Below the pieces are notes generated by a model, which saw nothing but the letters and a program-made list of their open reading frames with translations, ran no database searches and was not told the DNA's origin. From an uncultured delta proteobacterium (GTDB taxonomy: Bacteria; Desulfobacterota; RBG-13-43-22), in the NCBI GenBank assembly GCA_963790475.1, contig CAWBOS010000010.1, forward strand, positions 1,600,001 through 1,664,000: 64,000 bases of DNA, in the 5' to 3' direction. Of the stretch, positions 50,116 to 59,487 are shown one piece after another; within the stretch, counting starts at the first letter, position 1, and each line of letters opens with the position of its first letter. Position numbers and translations under genes: made by a program.

Positions 50116-50376
50116 CTACCTGTGTGTCCCTTCGGTCAGCCGAATTCCTGTGGCGGTGCCAAGATGGAGTTTTCCTGACCTGTTGGGTGTCCGTTCGATC
50201 TCATATTTTGCTCCGCATTGGCATTGGACTCGGTACTCTGCATCACCCGTTCGGTTTCCCAAAAGTTCACGGCATTCGACGCAAAGCCACGCAGCGTTAT
50301 TGCCCCAAACCAGCGCTACAGAATCCTTGAACGGAAGTCCCTCACGGTTCTTAACAAATGTCCTCGTGGTGTTCAT
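50116..50376 (-). CDS. Small Zn-ribbon-like hypothetical protein (gene cassette)
   Basis: CVEC..CQC; SD GGAG just after the cassette start GTTAGCG. Confidence 0.6.
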   Translation of the reverse strand: MNTTRTFVKNREGLPFKDSVALVWGNNAAWLCVECRELLGNRTGDAEYRVQCQCGAKYEIERTPNRSGKLHLGTATGIRLTEGTHR

Positions 50377-50389
50377 TTCTTCTATTCTC

Positions 50390-50478
50390 CGCTAACGTTC
50401 GGAGTGAGCCGCTTCGGGTTGGCCGCAGAGCGAAGCGGCGCGGCTAACCCGAAGCGGCTCTCGACTCCGTTGTTGGAT
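50390..50478 (-). other. attC site (cassette 3)
   Basis: Minus strand ATCCAAC..GGAGTCGAGAGCCGCTTCGGGTT..AACCCGAAGCGGCTCACTCC..GTTAGCG, a long imperfect hairpin. Confidence 0.9.
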
Positions 50479-51110
50479 CATTTCTTGCCGTCTCTCTTCT
50501 CGATCTGTTCCTTCTTTCCCGGTGGCAGAGAATCATAGAGTGTGTCGATCTGCTTGGGTTGCGTGATCATGGCATCTGCAATGAAGTTGACCAACCTGGC
50601 GAGATGGACGGCGGTCTCGGGGTCGTCGCGCAAGTCAATCTCTCCAGGATGCACAGCGTCATTCCCAACAACGCGGACAATGTCGAGGCTCTTCTGAATG
50701 CGGGGATTAAGGCCCTTCTGGACCAGAGCGGCAATGTCTTGGTTGATGTTCTTGCCCGGCTCGCCAAGGTGAGCACAGAGCTTCTGGATGCAAAGACGGA
50801 GCAGCGCGGCGGCACCACGGGGGGACCGGTTGACAATGTTTCGAGCTTCCTCGAAGTCCCGTCGAATGTCTTCTGGGAGATCTGGATTCGGCATAGGCGC
50901 AGTGGATGAATCCGGGAACACCATGTTGCCTGCCCACCAGATGCTGTACTTAGAGCAGTGGCTACACTGGCACACGTGCAGGCCCTTGACCAATAAATGA
51001 TTACTGGGGATCCAGCACCCGTCGCCCCAGACCTGTCTGGCGTACGGGTTGCAGAAAGGGCAGTTAAAGGATGTTCCTTGGAACTTCGGCGGTGTAAACG
51101 GTTGAGTCAT
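50478..51110 (-). CDS. DUF4145 (HEPN-type) protein with N-terminal Zn ribbon (gene cassette)
   Basis: CPFC..CSHC, SPRGAAALLRLCIQKLC, IVRVVGNDAVH. Confidence 0.82.
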   Translation of the reverse strand: MTQPFTPPKFQGTSFNCPFCNPYARQVWGDGCWIPSNHLLVKGLHVCQCSHCSKYSIWWAGNMVFPDSSTAPMPNPDLPEDIRRDFEEARNIVNRSPRGAAALLRLCIQKLCAHLGEPGKNINQDIAALVQKGLNPRIQKSLDIVRVVGNDAVHPGEIDLRDDPETAVHLARLVNFIADAMITQPKQIDTLYDSLPPGKKEQIEKRDGKK

Positions 51111-51127
51111 CTATCATTCCTCTCTTG

Positions 51128-51184
51128 ATCCAACGCCTGAGTTAAGCCGCGCCGCGAGGCGTCGGCTTGAACGAAATGTTCAAG
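51128..51184 (-). other. attC site (cassette 2)
   Basis: ATCCAACGCCTGAGTTAAGCCGCGCC..GGCGTCGGCTTGAACGAAATGTTCAAG. Confidence 0.85.
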
Positions 51185-51339
51185 TAAGCCGCTGTGCGGC
51201 AGAACCGTTTCTATGTAATCCTTCCTGAAAAATCTCTTCAGAAGTCCATTCGATAGGACGCATACCGTTTAGTCCAGTATGATACTTCAAACCCCCTCCT
51301 CATAGGAAGGGGAAATCCATCCTTATAAGGAGAAGTATC

Positions 51340-52227
51340 ATGATGAACAATTGGTATGACAAAACGATCCAAGCTCTTCAACTCAACGGTAAAGGGGAAC
51401 GCACCCAGGAAGCCTACGCCCGCTCCGTCCGCATGCTCACCCAGTTTTATAACAAAACTCCTGATTCCATCAGCGAACAGGAACTTCAGGATTATTTTCT
51501 TCAACGGAAAAATGTCGATAAGTGGGCCCCCAATACCATGCGGATATGCTATTGCGGCATACGCTTCTTTTTTGAAAAAGTACTCCAGCGCAACTGGCAC
51601 ATCCTCGGAATCCTCCGAGCCCAAACCGAACGAAGACTCCCGGCCGTCTTGAGCGTTGAAGAAGTCCGTAAACTCCTGGCCCAGGTTAAAACCTTCCAGA
51701 ACTATGCCTATCTTTCCACCGTCTACTCCTGCGGTCTGAGACTTCAGGAGGGACTCTATCTCGAAGTCTCCGATATCGATAGTGACCGGATGATGATCCA
51801 TATCCACCGGGGCAAAGGCGCCAAAGATCGCTATGTCCCTCTCCCCCAATCCACTCTCAGCCTGCTCCGTCGCTATTGGGTCACCCACCGTCATCCTGCC
51901 CTCCTTTTTCCAGCCATCGGCCGAACCAGACAAGGCGTCAAGGAAGCTAAAACGCCCATGGCCAAAAGCAGTGTCCAAGGGGCCTTCCGTCGAGCCAAGT
52001 TTGCTGCCGGAATCCACAAAAAAATGGTCTCTGTTCATACCCTCCGGCACTCTTATGCCACCCATCTGCTTGAGGCCGGCGTCAACCTTCGGGTCATCCA
52101 AAGATACATGGGCCACGGCCAATTGGAAACGACCATGGTCTATTTGCATCTCACTCAAAAAGGTCAAGAGGATGCCTGCCAGTTGATCAATCAGGTGATG
52201 GGGGGCTTAGACCATGACCACCATTAA
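51340..52227 (+). CDS. Tyrosine recombinase (phage integrase family)
   Basis: YSCGLRLQE, GKGAKDR, HTLRHSYATHLLEAG, MGH..TTMVY; lacks the IntI-specific insertion. Confidence 0.93.
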   Translation: MMNNWYDKTIQALQLNGKGERTQEAYARSVRMLTQFYNKTPDSISEQELQDYFLQRKNVDKWAPNTMRICYCGIRFFFEKVLQRNWHILGILRAQTERRLPAVLSVEEVRKLLAQVKTFQNYAYLSTVYSCGLRLQEGLYLEVSDIDSDRMMIHIHRGKGAKDRYVPLPQSTLSLLRRYWVTHRHPALLFPAIGRTRQGVKEAKTPMAKSSVQGAFRRAKFAAGIHKKMVSVHTLRHSYATHLLEAGVNLRVIQRYMGHGQLETTMVYLHLTQKGQEDACQLINQVMGGLDHDHH

Positions 52228-53314
52228 TGAGATCTTTCGAACCTTCGGCCCCCAATACCTGGGGCGCTACGGTCAGACTATGCCTAAAATACACCGCCAG
52301 GTCATCGAGGCCATCATCGGCTGCCGTACCGAAGCCTGCGGCCTCGTCCTATACCAGTGTGAAAAATGCGGCCAGTCCCATCTGATCTATCGTTCCTGCG
52401 GCAATCGCCATTGCCCCACTTGTCAACACCATAAAACCCAACAGTGGTTGGATAAACAGATAAAGCATCAACTTCCCGGACATCATTTCATGATGACCTT
52501 TACCGTCCCCGAACAACTGCGCCGCTTTATACGGAAAAATCAGAGGGTGGCTTATTCCGCCTTGTTCAAAGCCTCCTCCGAGGCCATCAAAAAGCTGGCT
52601 CCGGACGAAAAATACATCGGCGGTGATCTTCCGGGATTCCTCGGGGTCCTTCATACCTGGGGACGTACCTTGGAGTATCACCCCCATATCCATTACATCG
52701 TCCCCGGCGGAGCCCTCTCCACCACTGACGGTCTCTGGCATCCCTCAAGGATCGATTTTTATCTCCCGGTCAGAGCCCTCTCCAAAATCTTTAAGGCCAA
52801 GTTCAAAAAGGCCATGAAAGAAGTCGGTCTCTTCGAGCAAATCCCTACTGAGGTCTGGCAGATCGACTGGAACGTCAACTCTCAAGCCGTAGGTTCCTCC
52901 GAAGCCAGCCTAAAATACCTCGCCCCTTATGTCTTCAAAGTGGCGATCTCCAATTCCCGCATCCTCAAGGTGGAAAACAACACCGTCTTCTTCCGATACA
53001 CCAAACCTCATAGCCATCGGTTGAGGACTATGGCCCTCGGTTCCATGGAATTCCTCCGCCGTTTCCTTCAGCATGTCCTGCCCACCGGATTCATGAAAAT
53101 CCGCTATTACGGCTTCATGAACCCCAATTGCTCGGTCCCTTTCGAAAGAATATCTACCCTCATTCAAATGGCCTATTCCTTCGTCTTGAAGATGCCCGAA
53201 TATCAGCAAAGCCCTTCTCCAACTCCCATCTGTCCCAACTGCGGCGGAACCCTCAGATACCTCGTATCCTTCATCCCCGGTCTCACTCCTCAATTGACCC
53301 TGGACAGTTCTTGA
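52214..53314 (+). CDS. IS91-family (Y2/HUH) transposase
   Basis: Zn-binding CEKC..SCGNRHCPTC, FTVP, LHTWG..HPHIH (HUH), YLAPY (YxxxY), RYYG. Confidence 0.93.
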   Translation: MTTINEIFRTFGPQYLGRYGQTMPKIHRQVIEAIIGCRTEACGLVLYQCEKCGQSHLIYRSCGNRHCPTCQHHKTQQWLDKQIKHQLPGHHFMMTFTVPEQLRRFIRKNQRVAYSALFKASSEAIKKLAPDEKYIGGDLPGFLGVLHTWGRTLEYHPHIHYIVPGGALSTTDGLWHPSRIDFYLPVRALSKIFKAKFKKAMKEVGLFEQIPTEVWQIDWNVNSQAVGSSEASLKYLAPYVFKVAISNSRILKVENNTVFFRYTKPHSHRLRTMALGSMEFLRRFLQHVLPTGFMKIRYYGFMNPNCSVPFERISTLIQMAYSFVLKMPEYQQSPSPTPICPNCGGTLRYLVSFIPGLTPQLTLDSS

Positions 53315-53570
53315 ACGGTCTTCCTAAGACCCCCTTCTTAAATCCAAAATGTCAAAGAACTAAAGCGGTAGGGACTCCTATGTCCAGAGTCCTAAAAATC
53401 GATGGGTGCTTTTATCTGATCAGTGAAAAAAGGTATTGCCGTGCTTCGTAAGGTAAGTTCTTAGTCCTTTTCCTGTTCCCTGAGTCTATTTATAAGCTTT
53501 TTATCCTCTCCTCAGTTCGTCCCCCTTCGAACCTTTACCCTTTATAGATCGTCATTATTTATCCGGGCTT

Positions 53571-53627
53571 CTTGAACAATGGATTGAAACGACCTTTCAG
53601 GATCGTCTCAATCCTTATTGGTTAGGC
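53571..53627 (-). other. attC site (cassette 1)
   Basis: Minus strand GCCTAACCAATAAGGATTGAGACGATCCTG-AA-AGGTCGTTTCAATCCATTGTTCAAG. Confidence 0.82.
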
Positions 53628-54029
53628 CTTTGTGTCATGACTAGCACGGGCGATGTAAGGCCTGGGACGGAATCGAAAAAGAACAAAGATGCCAGTAATG
53701 AACAAAGTGGCACCCAGCCAAGAAAGTTGAGAACTTGGCGCTGCCGTAAAAAAGTGAAAATACACCATCGGCGCAACGCCGCTCAGGCCACTAACCGCCC
53801 TGCCTTTTGAGCCGTCCCGCCATGTCCACCCCAGCACACTGATCCACATCTTGGCTCGGGCATGCACTCTTGAACGTGCAGAGCCTTTGGACGGAGATTT
53901 CGGCGATGGCGGATGAGTTCTAGGCTCACTCACATCTCGGCGAGCCACCACCTGATGCGCGGCACAGCCGTTGACAATCCGCCGGATGCCACAACTCATC
54001 ACCGCGTCATCAGCGCGAACACACCCCAA
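53622..54029 (-). CDS. Hypothetical or degenerate membrane ORF in cassette 1
   Basis: Hydrophobic C-terminus; stop overlaps the attC R'' box; start uncertain. Confidence 0.3.
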   Translation of the reverse strand: MGCVRADDAVMSCGIRRIVNGCAAHQVVARRDVSEPRTHPPSPKSPSKGSARSRVHARAKMWISVLGWTWRDGSKGRAVSGLSGVAPMVYFHFFTAAPSSQLSWLGATLFITGIFVLFRFRPRPYIARASHDTKA

Positions 54030-54745
54030 CCTAGGTATTCACGTGTGTAAGCGGCGTAGCGCTCGGGTTCCGAGGTCAGTTTGGCTCGAACATCTTTCGC
54101 GAACTCGTCGTCGGGATTAGCTTCAAGCCATCGGCGCATGGTGAGCCATTTAGCCGCCTCGTATCTGTCCCAGCCGTCTTGGTCTGCCAAAACCATTTCC
54201 ACGACGTCGTAGTCAAGGTGGCCGAAAGACGCGAGAAGTTCTGGAAGCGTGAGAAAGTCGGAGATTGAGCCGGCAAGACACCCCTTGGCAACATCTTCCG
54301 TCGGCGGTAACTGCCGCCAGTAGGGCTCGCCGATGAGGATGATCCCTCCGGTGCGGAGGCTCTGCGCCAGAAGCTCGATAGTGCCGATGACTCCCCCAGC
54401 GATCCATGTAGCACCGACACAGGCTGCCACACCGGCCTTGTCGTCCGAGACGTAGCCGGTAGCATCGCCATGGATGAACTTGACTTGATCGGCGACGCCG
54501 AGTTCTTCAGCGCGGAGTTTCGCTTGCTCGGTGAACAACTGGCTCATGTCGATGCCGGTGCCGATGACTCCGTAATCGCGTGCCCAGGTGCACAGCATCT
54601 CCCCCGAACCGCTGCCGAGGTCGAGCACTCGGGTCCCCGTTTCCAGACGCAGCGCCGCGCCGAGAGTGGCGAGCTTTTCGGGTGTGAACGGGTTATGGAT
54701 GCGGTGAGCACTTTCGGTGATGTTGAATATCCGTGGAATGTCCAT
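53999..54745 (-). CDS. Class I SAM-dependent methyltransferase (YjhP-like), gene cassette
   Basis: VLDLGSGSG motif I, IHNP, CVGATWI, IGEPYW; SD AAGGAG after the cassette start GTTAGGC. Confidence 0.9.
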   Translation of the reverse strand: MDIPRIFNITESAHRIHNPFTPEKLATLGAALRLETGTRVLDLGSGSGEMLCTWARDYGVIGTGIDMSQLFTEQAKLRAEELGVADQVKFIHGDATGYVSDDKAGVAACVGATWIAGGVIGTIELLAQSLRTGGIILIGEPYWRQLPPTEDVAKGCLAGSISDFLTLPELLASFGHLDYDVVEMVLADQDGWDRYEAAKWLTMRRWLEANPDDEFAKDVRAKLTSEPERYAAYTREYLGWGVFALMTR

Positions 54746-54786
54746 TTCGGGAAATCTCCTTATGGGTGTGAATAGATTCGGTCACG

Positions 54787-54830
54787 GCCTAACAAAATAT
54801 TGAATAGTTTCTTTTCAATTACCAAGAAAT
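54787..54830 (-). other. attI-like site heading the cassette array
   Basis: Minus strand TTCAAT-ATTTT-GTTAGGC (L/R-type simple site) in AT-rich DNA, with no complementary R'' box. Confidence 0.5.
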
Positions 54831-55341
54831 TTTAGAATTGATCATTTAAACAATAAATAATTGAACCATATTTATTAGATATTATTATTTTAATTTAGTT
54901 GTTCAACACCTGATTTCTATCCTTATGGGGTTTTCCGTTCAATTCGAACATACCCTGATCCTGTTTCCAAATGAGGGTCAGAACCAGGGTAAAAATTTGG
55001 ATCTTACCGGAACTGGGTGTTTTCTTGGGTGGATCTTTTGAGGCATGGAGCTGGGCCATAAATCTCCTCAAGATCTGAAGGAAGAGGGTTGTTGGATTGA
55101 GGGTGCTGGGGACTTATTAACATAACCGCCTAATTTGTCAAGAAATTAGTTTTTGCCGTTGGCAATATTCGACATTAGATCAAATAGGTTTCGTGGTTCG
55201 ACCCCGATTTGCACGCCCCAATTTCTTATCTTTACAAAGAGAAATAATTTATCTAATTTAAATTATTTAAATTAAAAATGACCGTAAGACCGGTCAAAAC
55301 ATTTCTAAAATGATGATATACTACAGAAAGGAGAATCTGGT

Positions 55342-56643
55342 ATGCGGATACTGTTTGTCTCGACCAATCGATCCAGAGCTGCCATGTTACCGATGCCGCT
55401 GGGACTGGCCTCCATCATTGCCCAGATGCATGAAGCGCGACACGAGATCAGAGCGCTTGACCTGATGTTTTGCGATCAGCCCGAAGCAGAATTAATGCAA
55501 ACCTTGGCAGGTTTTAAACCCCAGATAATCGCCCTTTCCATCAGAAACCTGGATAATCAAAGCTGTCTCAATACAGAATACTATCTACCCCTGGAAAAAA
55601 AATTCGTTGAACTGTGCCGGGAAAACTCCCGGGCAACCCTTATCATTGGCGGAGCGGCCTTTACCGTCAGTCCGGTGGCGGTTTTTGGATATCTTGAGCC
55701 CGACTTTGGAGTTATCGGCGAAGGCGAAACCGTATTTCCGAAACTGGTCGATCGAATAGAACAAGGCTCCGATTGCACCGATCTGCCGGGACTGGTCTGG
55801 AGAGATGCCGGTGGCATTCGACATAATCCGCACGCATTCGTCACCGACCTGGACGCACTGAAGCCTCCGCGCCGGGATCTGTTCGATAATCAGCGATACG
55901 CCAAGGAAAGGGGCATGGCCAATATCGTGGTGAAACAGGGCTGCCCATTCGGGTGTCTCTATTGTGACAGCCCGCATGTTATGGGTAAACACTGGCGGAT
56001 GAAATCTCCGCAAACCGTAGCGGCGGAGCTGGAATCGATCCAGAAGGACATTGGTGTTAAGATGTTGTATTTTACTGATGCCATTTTCAATCATCCGGTA
56101 GAACATGCCAAAGCCATCTGCCAGGCTATTATCGATCGCGGACTGAGCATTCGTTGGGTGGCAACCTTACATCCTGCCTTTGCAGACCATTCACTCCTGG
56201 AATTGATGAAGAAAGCCGGCTGTGTGGTGGCTTCATCCAGTTGTGACACTTGCTCTGAAAAGATGCTCCAGGTCATGCGAAAGGGATTCACCAAGGATGA
56301 ATTAAAGTCCTGCCTGATCATGCTGGAAGAGATGCAAATAAGTTACATCCCCTCCCTGCTGTTCGGCGCTCCCGGGGAGAACAGGGAAACGGTGGAAGAG
56401 TCCATCCGATTCCTCGAAGAACGAAAACCCATGATGCTGGATTTCTGCGCGGGGATAAGGTTAATGCCCCATACACCGCTGTTCGACATTGCGGTCAGCG
56501 AGGGCGTTATTTCTGCCGACGACCCGCTCATGGAGCCCAGGTTCTACATCAGCCCCGATATCGCAGACTGGATCGAGGAATACCTCACGAAGATTTGTTC
56601 CACCCATGAAAAATGGAATGTGAACTGGAGAAACAAGCCGTGA
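55342..56643 (+). CDS. B12-binding domain radical SAM protein
   Basis: PLGLASI, SIRNLDN, GEGE, GCPFGCLYC (CxxxCxxC), FTDAIFN. Confidence 0.9.
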   Translation: MRILFVSTNRSRAAMLPMPLGLASIIAQMHEARHEIRALDLMFCDQPEAELMQTLAGFKPQIIALSIRNLDNQSCLNTEYYLPLEKKFVELCRENSRATLIIGGAAFTVSPVAVFGYLEPDFGVIGEGETVFPKLVDRIEQGSDCTDLPGLVWRDAGGIRHNPHAFVTDLDALKPPRRDLFDNQRYAKERGMANIVVKQGCPFGCLYCDSPHVMGKHWRMKSPQTVAAELESIQKDIGVKMLYFTDAIFNHPVEHAKAICQAIIDRGLSIRWVATLHPAFADHSLLELMKKAGCVVASSSCDTCSEKMLQVMRKGFTKDELKSCLIMLEEMQISYIPSLLFGAPGENRETVEESIRFLEERKPMMLDFCAGIRLMPHTPLFDIAVSEGVISADDPLMEPRFYISPDIADWIEEYLTKICSTHEKWNVNWRNKP

Positions 56644-56997
56644 TGACCTTTAATAGAAGCATCAGTATAAAAACACGTCATCAAAGAACCCCGTGGTTAT
56701 GATCTGCGGCTTACCCAAGGAATATGAATAAGAAGGGGAGAAAAAGGACCGCGATTTTCAGGCGTCGCTCTTGATTTTTTTAAAGGTGGACATATCTTTA
56801 TAACATGAGATAAAAAAGCAGTTTCCCGAATTGCCATTTTTTCTCGATTGAAAACTACAGATCAGGGTCAATATGGGTTATCAACGAAAACCACAATCAA
56901 ATTTCACTTAAAATACCTAACCCGGACAAGCCGGAACCATAGTTGAAATATTGTAACATGTGGTGGATTCGTAAAAAGTCGCCGAAAGCCTATTTTC

Positions 56998-57075
56998 GTC
57001 ATTCCCTTGAAAAAGGGAATCCAGTGTTTTTAATAAGTTGAGAATAGCCTGGATTCCCGCCTCCGCGGGAATGAC
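56998..57075. repeat. Family A REP-like repeat (dRS3-like ATTCCC-N8-GGGAAT)
   Basis: GTCATTCCCTTGAAAAAGGGAATCCAG..CTGGATTCCCGCCTCCGCGGGAATGAC. Confidence 0.8.
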
Positions 57076-57136
57076 GACGAAATATTCTATCCAATTTGAG
57101 TAGAATTCTATTCCTAAGTTACTAAAGGAAAAAGTG

Positions 57137-57430
57137 ATGATTGAGATAACGATAACGGAAACAGCGAAAATTGAACTTTCCAAGGTACTGAGATATTTTG
57201 ATGCTCAATCCGTTCGGTTGATTCAGAAAGGCTATGGTTGAACCGGCCCCAGATTGGCAATGGTTCTGGATGAACCAAGAGAAGAAGATGAAATCGTGCA
57301 TTTACAAGACTTCGAGTTCGTTTATAATAAACACGAGAAAGATTTATTTAATCAAACTCTTATAGACTATAAAGATTCCTGGTATGGTGAAGGTTTTACG
57401 GTCTGCTCTCCGACCTCCGAGCCATGTTGA
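57137..57430 (+). CDS. HesB/IscA-like selenoprotein (UGA at 57239-57241)
   Basis: MIEITITETAK..VRLIQKGYG-UGA-TGPRLAMVLDEP..IDYKDSWYGEGFTV..C; the frame stays open after UGA; SD AAAGGA; hairpin CCAGA..TCTGG just downstream. Confidence 0.82.
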
Positions 57431-57853
57431 AATAGATAGCAGTAGGGATCATAAATCGGGGACAGCCACTCTTTTTTAAATGAAAACAATGAATCAGGAT
57501 TTTAGTGTTCACGAAGCGTATCTGAAAATGAAAAGAGGGAGGTTGTTCATTTCATTCACTTTAGGTTTATTAAATTTTATCTGCAGATAACAGAAAAAAA
57601 ATTTTCAATACTTTTATTCTAGCCATGTCCGTAACTGAAGGAGGAGATTTTAATATTCTCTTCCACAGATAAAGGGAAAACTGAGGATGAGGAGATATCT
57701 CAATTCATTTTTTTCCTTTAATAAGGTTATCATATTTATCCGGATTTTCCAAAAAATGAATTAGTGAATGAAATTAACGACTTCCCGTTTTAAGTATTTT
57801 ATGAGCAACTGAAAATCAACATGAAAAAACCAAGGGCAGCAAGGCGATGGGTT

Positions 57854-59200
57854 TCAACCGTCCCTGATCGAGACACTAATTTCATCATAATCCGGTAGAT
57901 CAGTCTCGACATTTCGAACCACTGGAATTATGTATCCGCTCACACTGGCCAACATTCCTGATACAGCTGTGCAAAGAAACATTATTGCAATCCCGGCCCC
58001 CGGGCCGGTGCCTACAAGCCAACCAAAGGTATCCGCTAAAAGGCCCCCGGAAGACATGGCCGGTTCAAATAGGCGATCTGCTAACGGCCCTGCAAGAATA
58101 TAGGCTAATGGAAGGCTCATCTGCTGTGCCATTCCCTGAACGGAGAATACTCGTCCCTGGGCATTGGGAGCGACCTTTTTCTGCCATAGGGAACGATTGG
58201 CGCTGTCAATTAGCGGTATGAACAGGGCTGATAAAAAGGCCGCCGATGTCCAGACCGGAATACTGCGACCCGTTGCAAAAAGAATATCACCTAATATGAA
58301 AGATGCTCCTGCCCCCGCAAGAATTCCGTGGATTAGTCGTTTTGGCCCTCCCCAGAGAGTTACTATTGTGGCTCCAACGATCCCACCAACACCAAGGGTG
58401 GCCTGAACCGTTGCCAGCGCCATTTCATTACCACTGCTTCGAGCAAGGATCAATACAGGCAGGATCGAAAAATAGGTTAGACCCGCAAAAAAGTTTATGC
58501 CTGAGAAGATTAACAAGAGCCCTAATAATCCCCTGCGTTGAAGAATGTATCGAAAACCGAAACTGAAATTCTGCCAAAAAGAAGAGCAAGTCGTTCTATC
58601 CGTGGACTCAGGCGCAGGGTTAGGAATATGAATTACTAATAAGGTGCTGACTGCCATCAAAAATGTAATGATGTCGATCAGCATTATTCCATTAATATGG
58701 ATCACGTAAATTAAAATACCGGCCAAAATTGGGGCAAATACCTGCGCCATATAATCAGCGAGCGACCAGAGTGCGCTGGCTCTTGTGTATTGAGTTTTTG
58801 CCACCAAGCAGGTTATTGCGGCCCTATAAGCAGGGACCTGAAACGCCATAAACAATCCAGCAATAGTCCGGCTCAAATATATGTGCCATATCCGCAAATC
58901 GCCATTGAGATAAAAGAACAGGATCGCTGTTGTCATTAGACCTTCTCCGATATCACTCAGGATAAGAACAAAACGCCGGTTAAAGCGATCGACCACTATT
59001 CCTGCCAATGGGCTGATGAGGATATACGGCACAAAGGTAAAAAAGCCTACTAAAGCTAATGTAGTCGCCCTGCCTGTCTGCTGATAGGCCCATATTAAAA
59101 GCGCGAAACGTGTCATACCTGTTCCCGATATGGATATCAACCGACCTAACCATATAATGATAAATGTTTGCCAATTACTGACATATTGATTCTTGAACAT
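57854..59200 (-). CDS. MFS transporter (MefA/DHA3-like efflux)
   Basis: About 12 TM segments, GIVVDRFNRR motif A, QGRVFS, GPLAD. Confidence 0.9.
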   Translation of the reverse strand: MFKNQYVSNWQTFIIIWLGRLISISGTGMTRFALLIWAYQQTGRATTLALVGFFTFVPYILISPLAGIVVDRFNRRFVLILSDIGEGLMTTAILFFYLNGDLRIWHIYLSRTIAGLFMAFQVPAYRAAITCLVAKTQYTRASALWSLADYMAQVFAPILAGILIYVIHINGIMLIDIITFLMAVSTLLVIHIPNPAPESTDRTTCSSFWQNFSFGFRYILQRRGLLGLLLIFSGINFFAGLTYFSILPVLILARSSGNEMALATVQATLGVGGIVGATIVTLWGGPKRLIHGILAGAGASFILGDILFATGRSIPVWTSAAFLSALFIPLIDSANRSLWQKKVAPNAQGRVFSVQGMAQQMSLPLAYILAGPLADRLFEPAMSSGGLLADTFGWLVGTGPGAGIAIMFLCTAVSGMLASVSGYIIPVVRNVETDLPDYDEISVSIRDG

Positions 59201-59293
59201 TTTTTATACTCCATTTTAGCCGCCCGCTTGGATCGGCGAGACGCAAAGAGCGCTGAAGACAATATGTTTTAACGTTGGTGCTGTTTCTTCAGA

Positions 59294-59333
59294 ACAAAAA
59301 AAAACGGCTGCGGGAGTGTACCCGCAGCCGTTT
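59294..59333 (-). terminator. Intrinsic terminator in the MFS leader
   Basis: 13-bp stem AAACGGCTGCGGG/CCCGCAGCCGTTT followed by a U-tract on the minus strand, ~95 bp upstream of the MFS start. Confidence 0.75.
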
Positions 59334-59487
59334 GTGTAGCTGTATTTATTTAATTTATTATGTCAAAAAAAGGGCACACCTCTGGCGTTGAAATAGAAGT
59401 GGCCTCCAATGGTTAATAATATGTATTCATGTGGAATCATATAATTCTTTAGGTATGTTAAATACTTCTCCTTTTGAATTAAGAGGA

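Larger units (their letters stand above)
51178..53577 (+). mobile_element. IS91-family element carrying a tyrosine recombinase, located between attC sites
   Basis: Ends TGTTCAAGTAAGCC / GGCTTCTTGAACA; two overlapping ORFs (Int and Y2 transposase). Confidence 0.8.

Noticed and set aside
51238-52167. 309-aa antisense ORF
   Set aside because: Shadow of the integrase gene; common for this family
51340-52227. Integron integrase IntI
   Set aside because: Lacks the IntI-specific insertion between the catalytic patches, lies inside the array, and is coupled to an IS91 transposase
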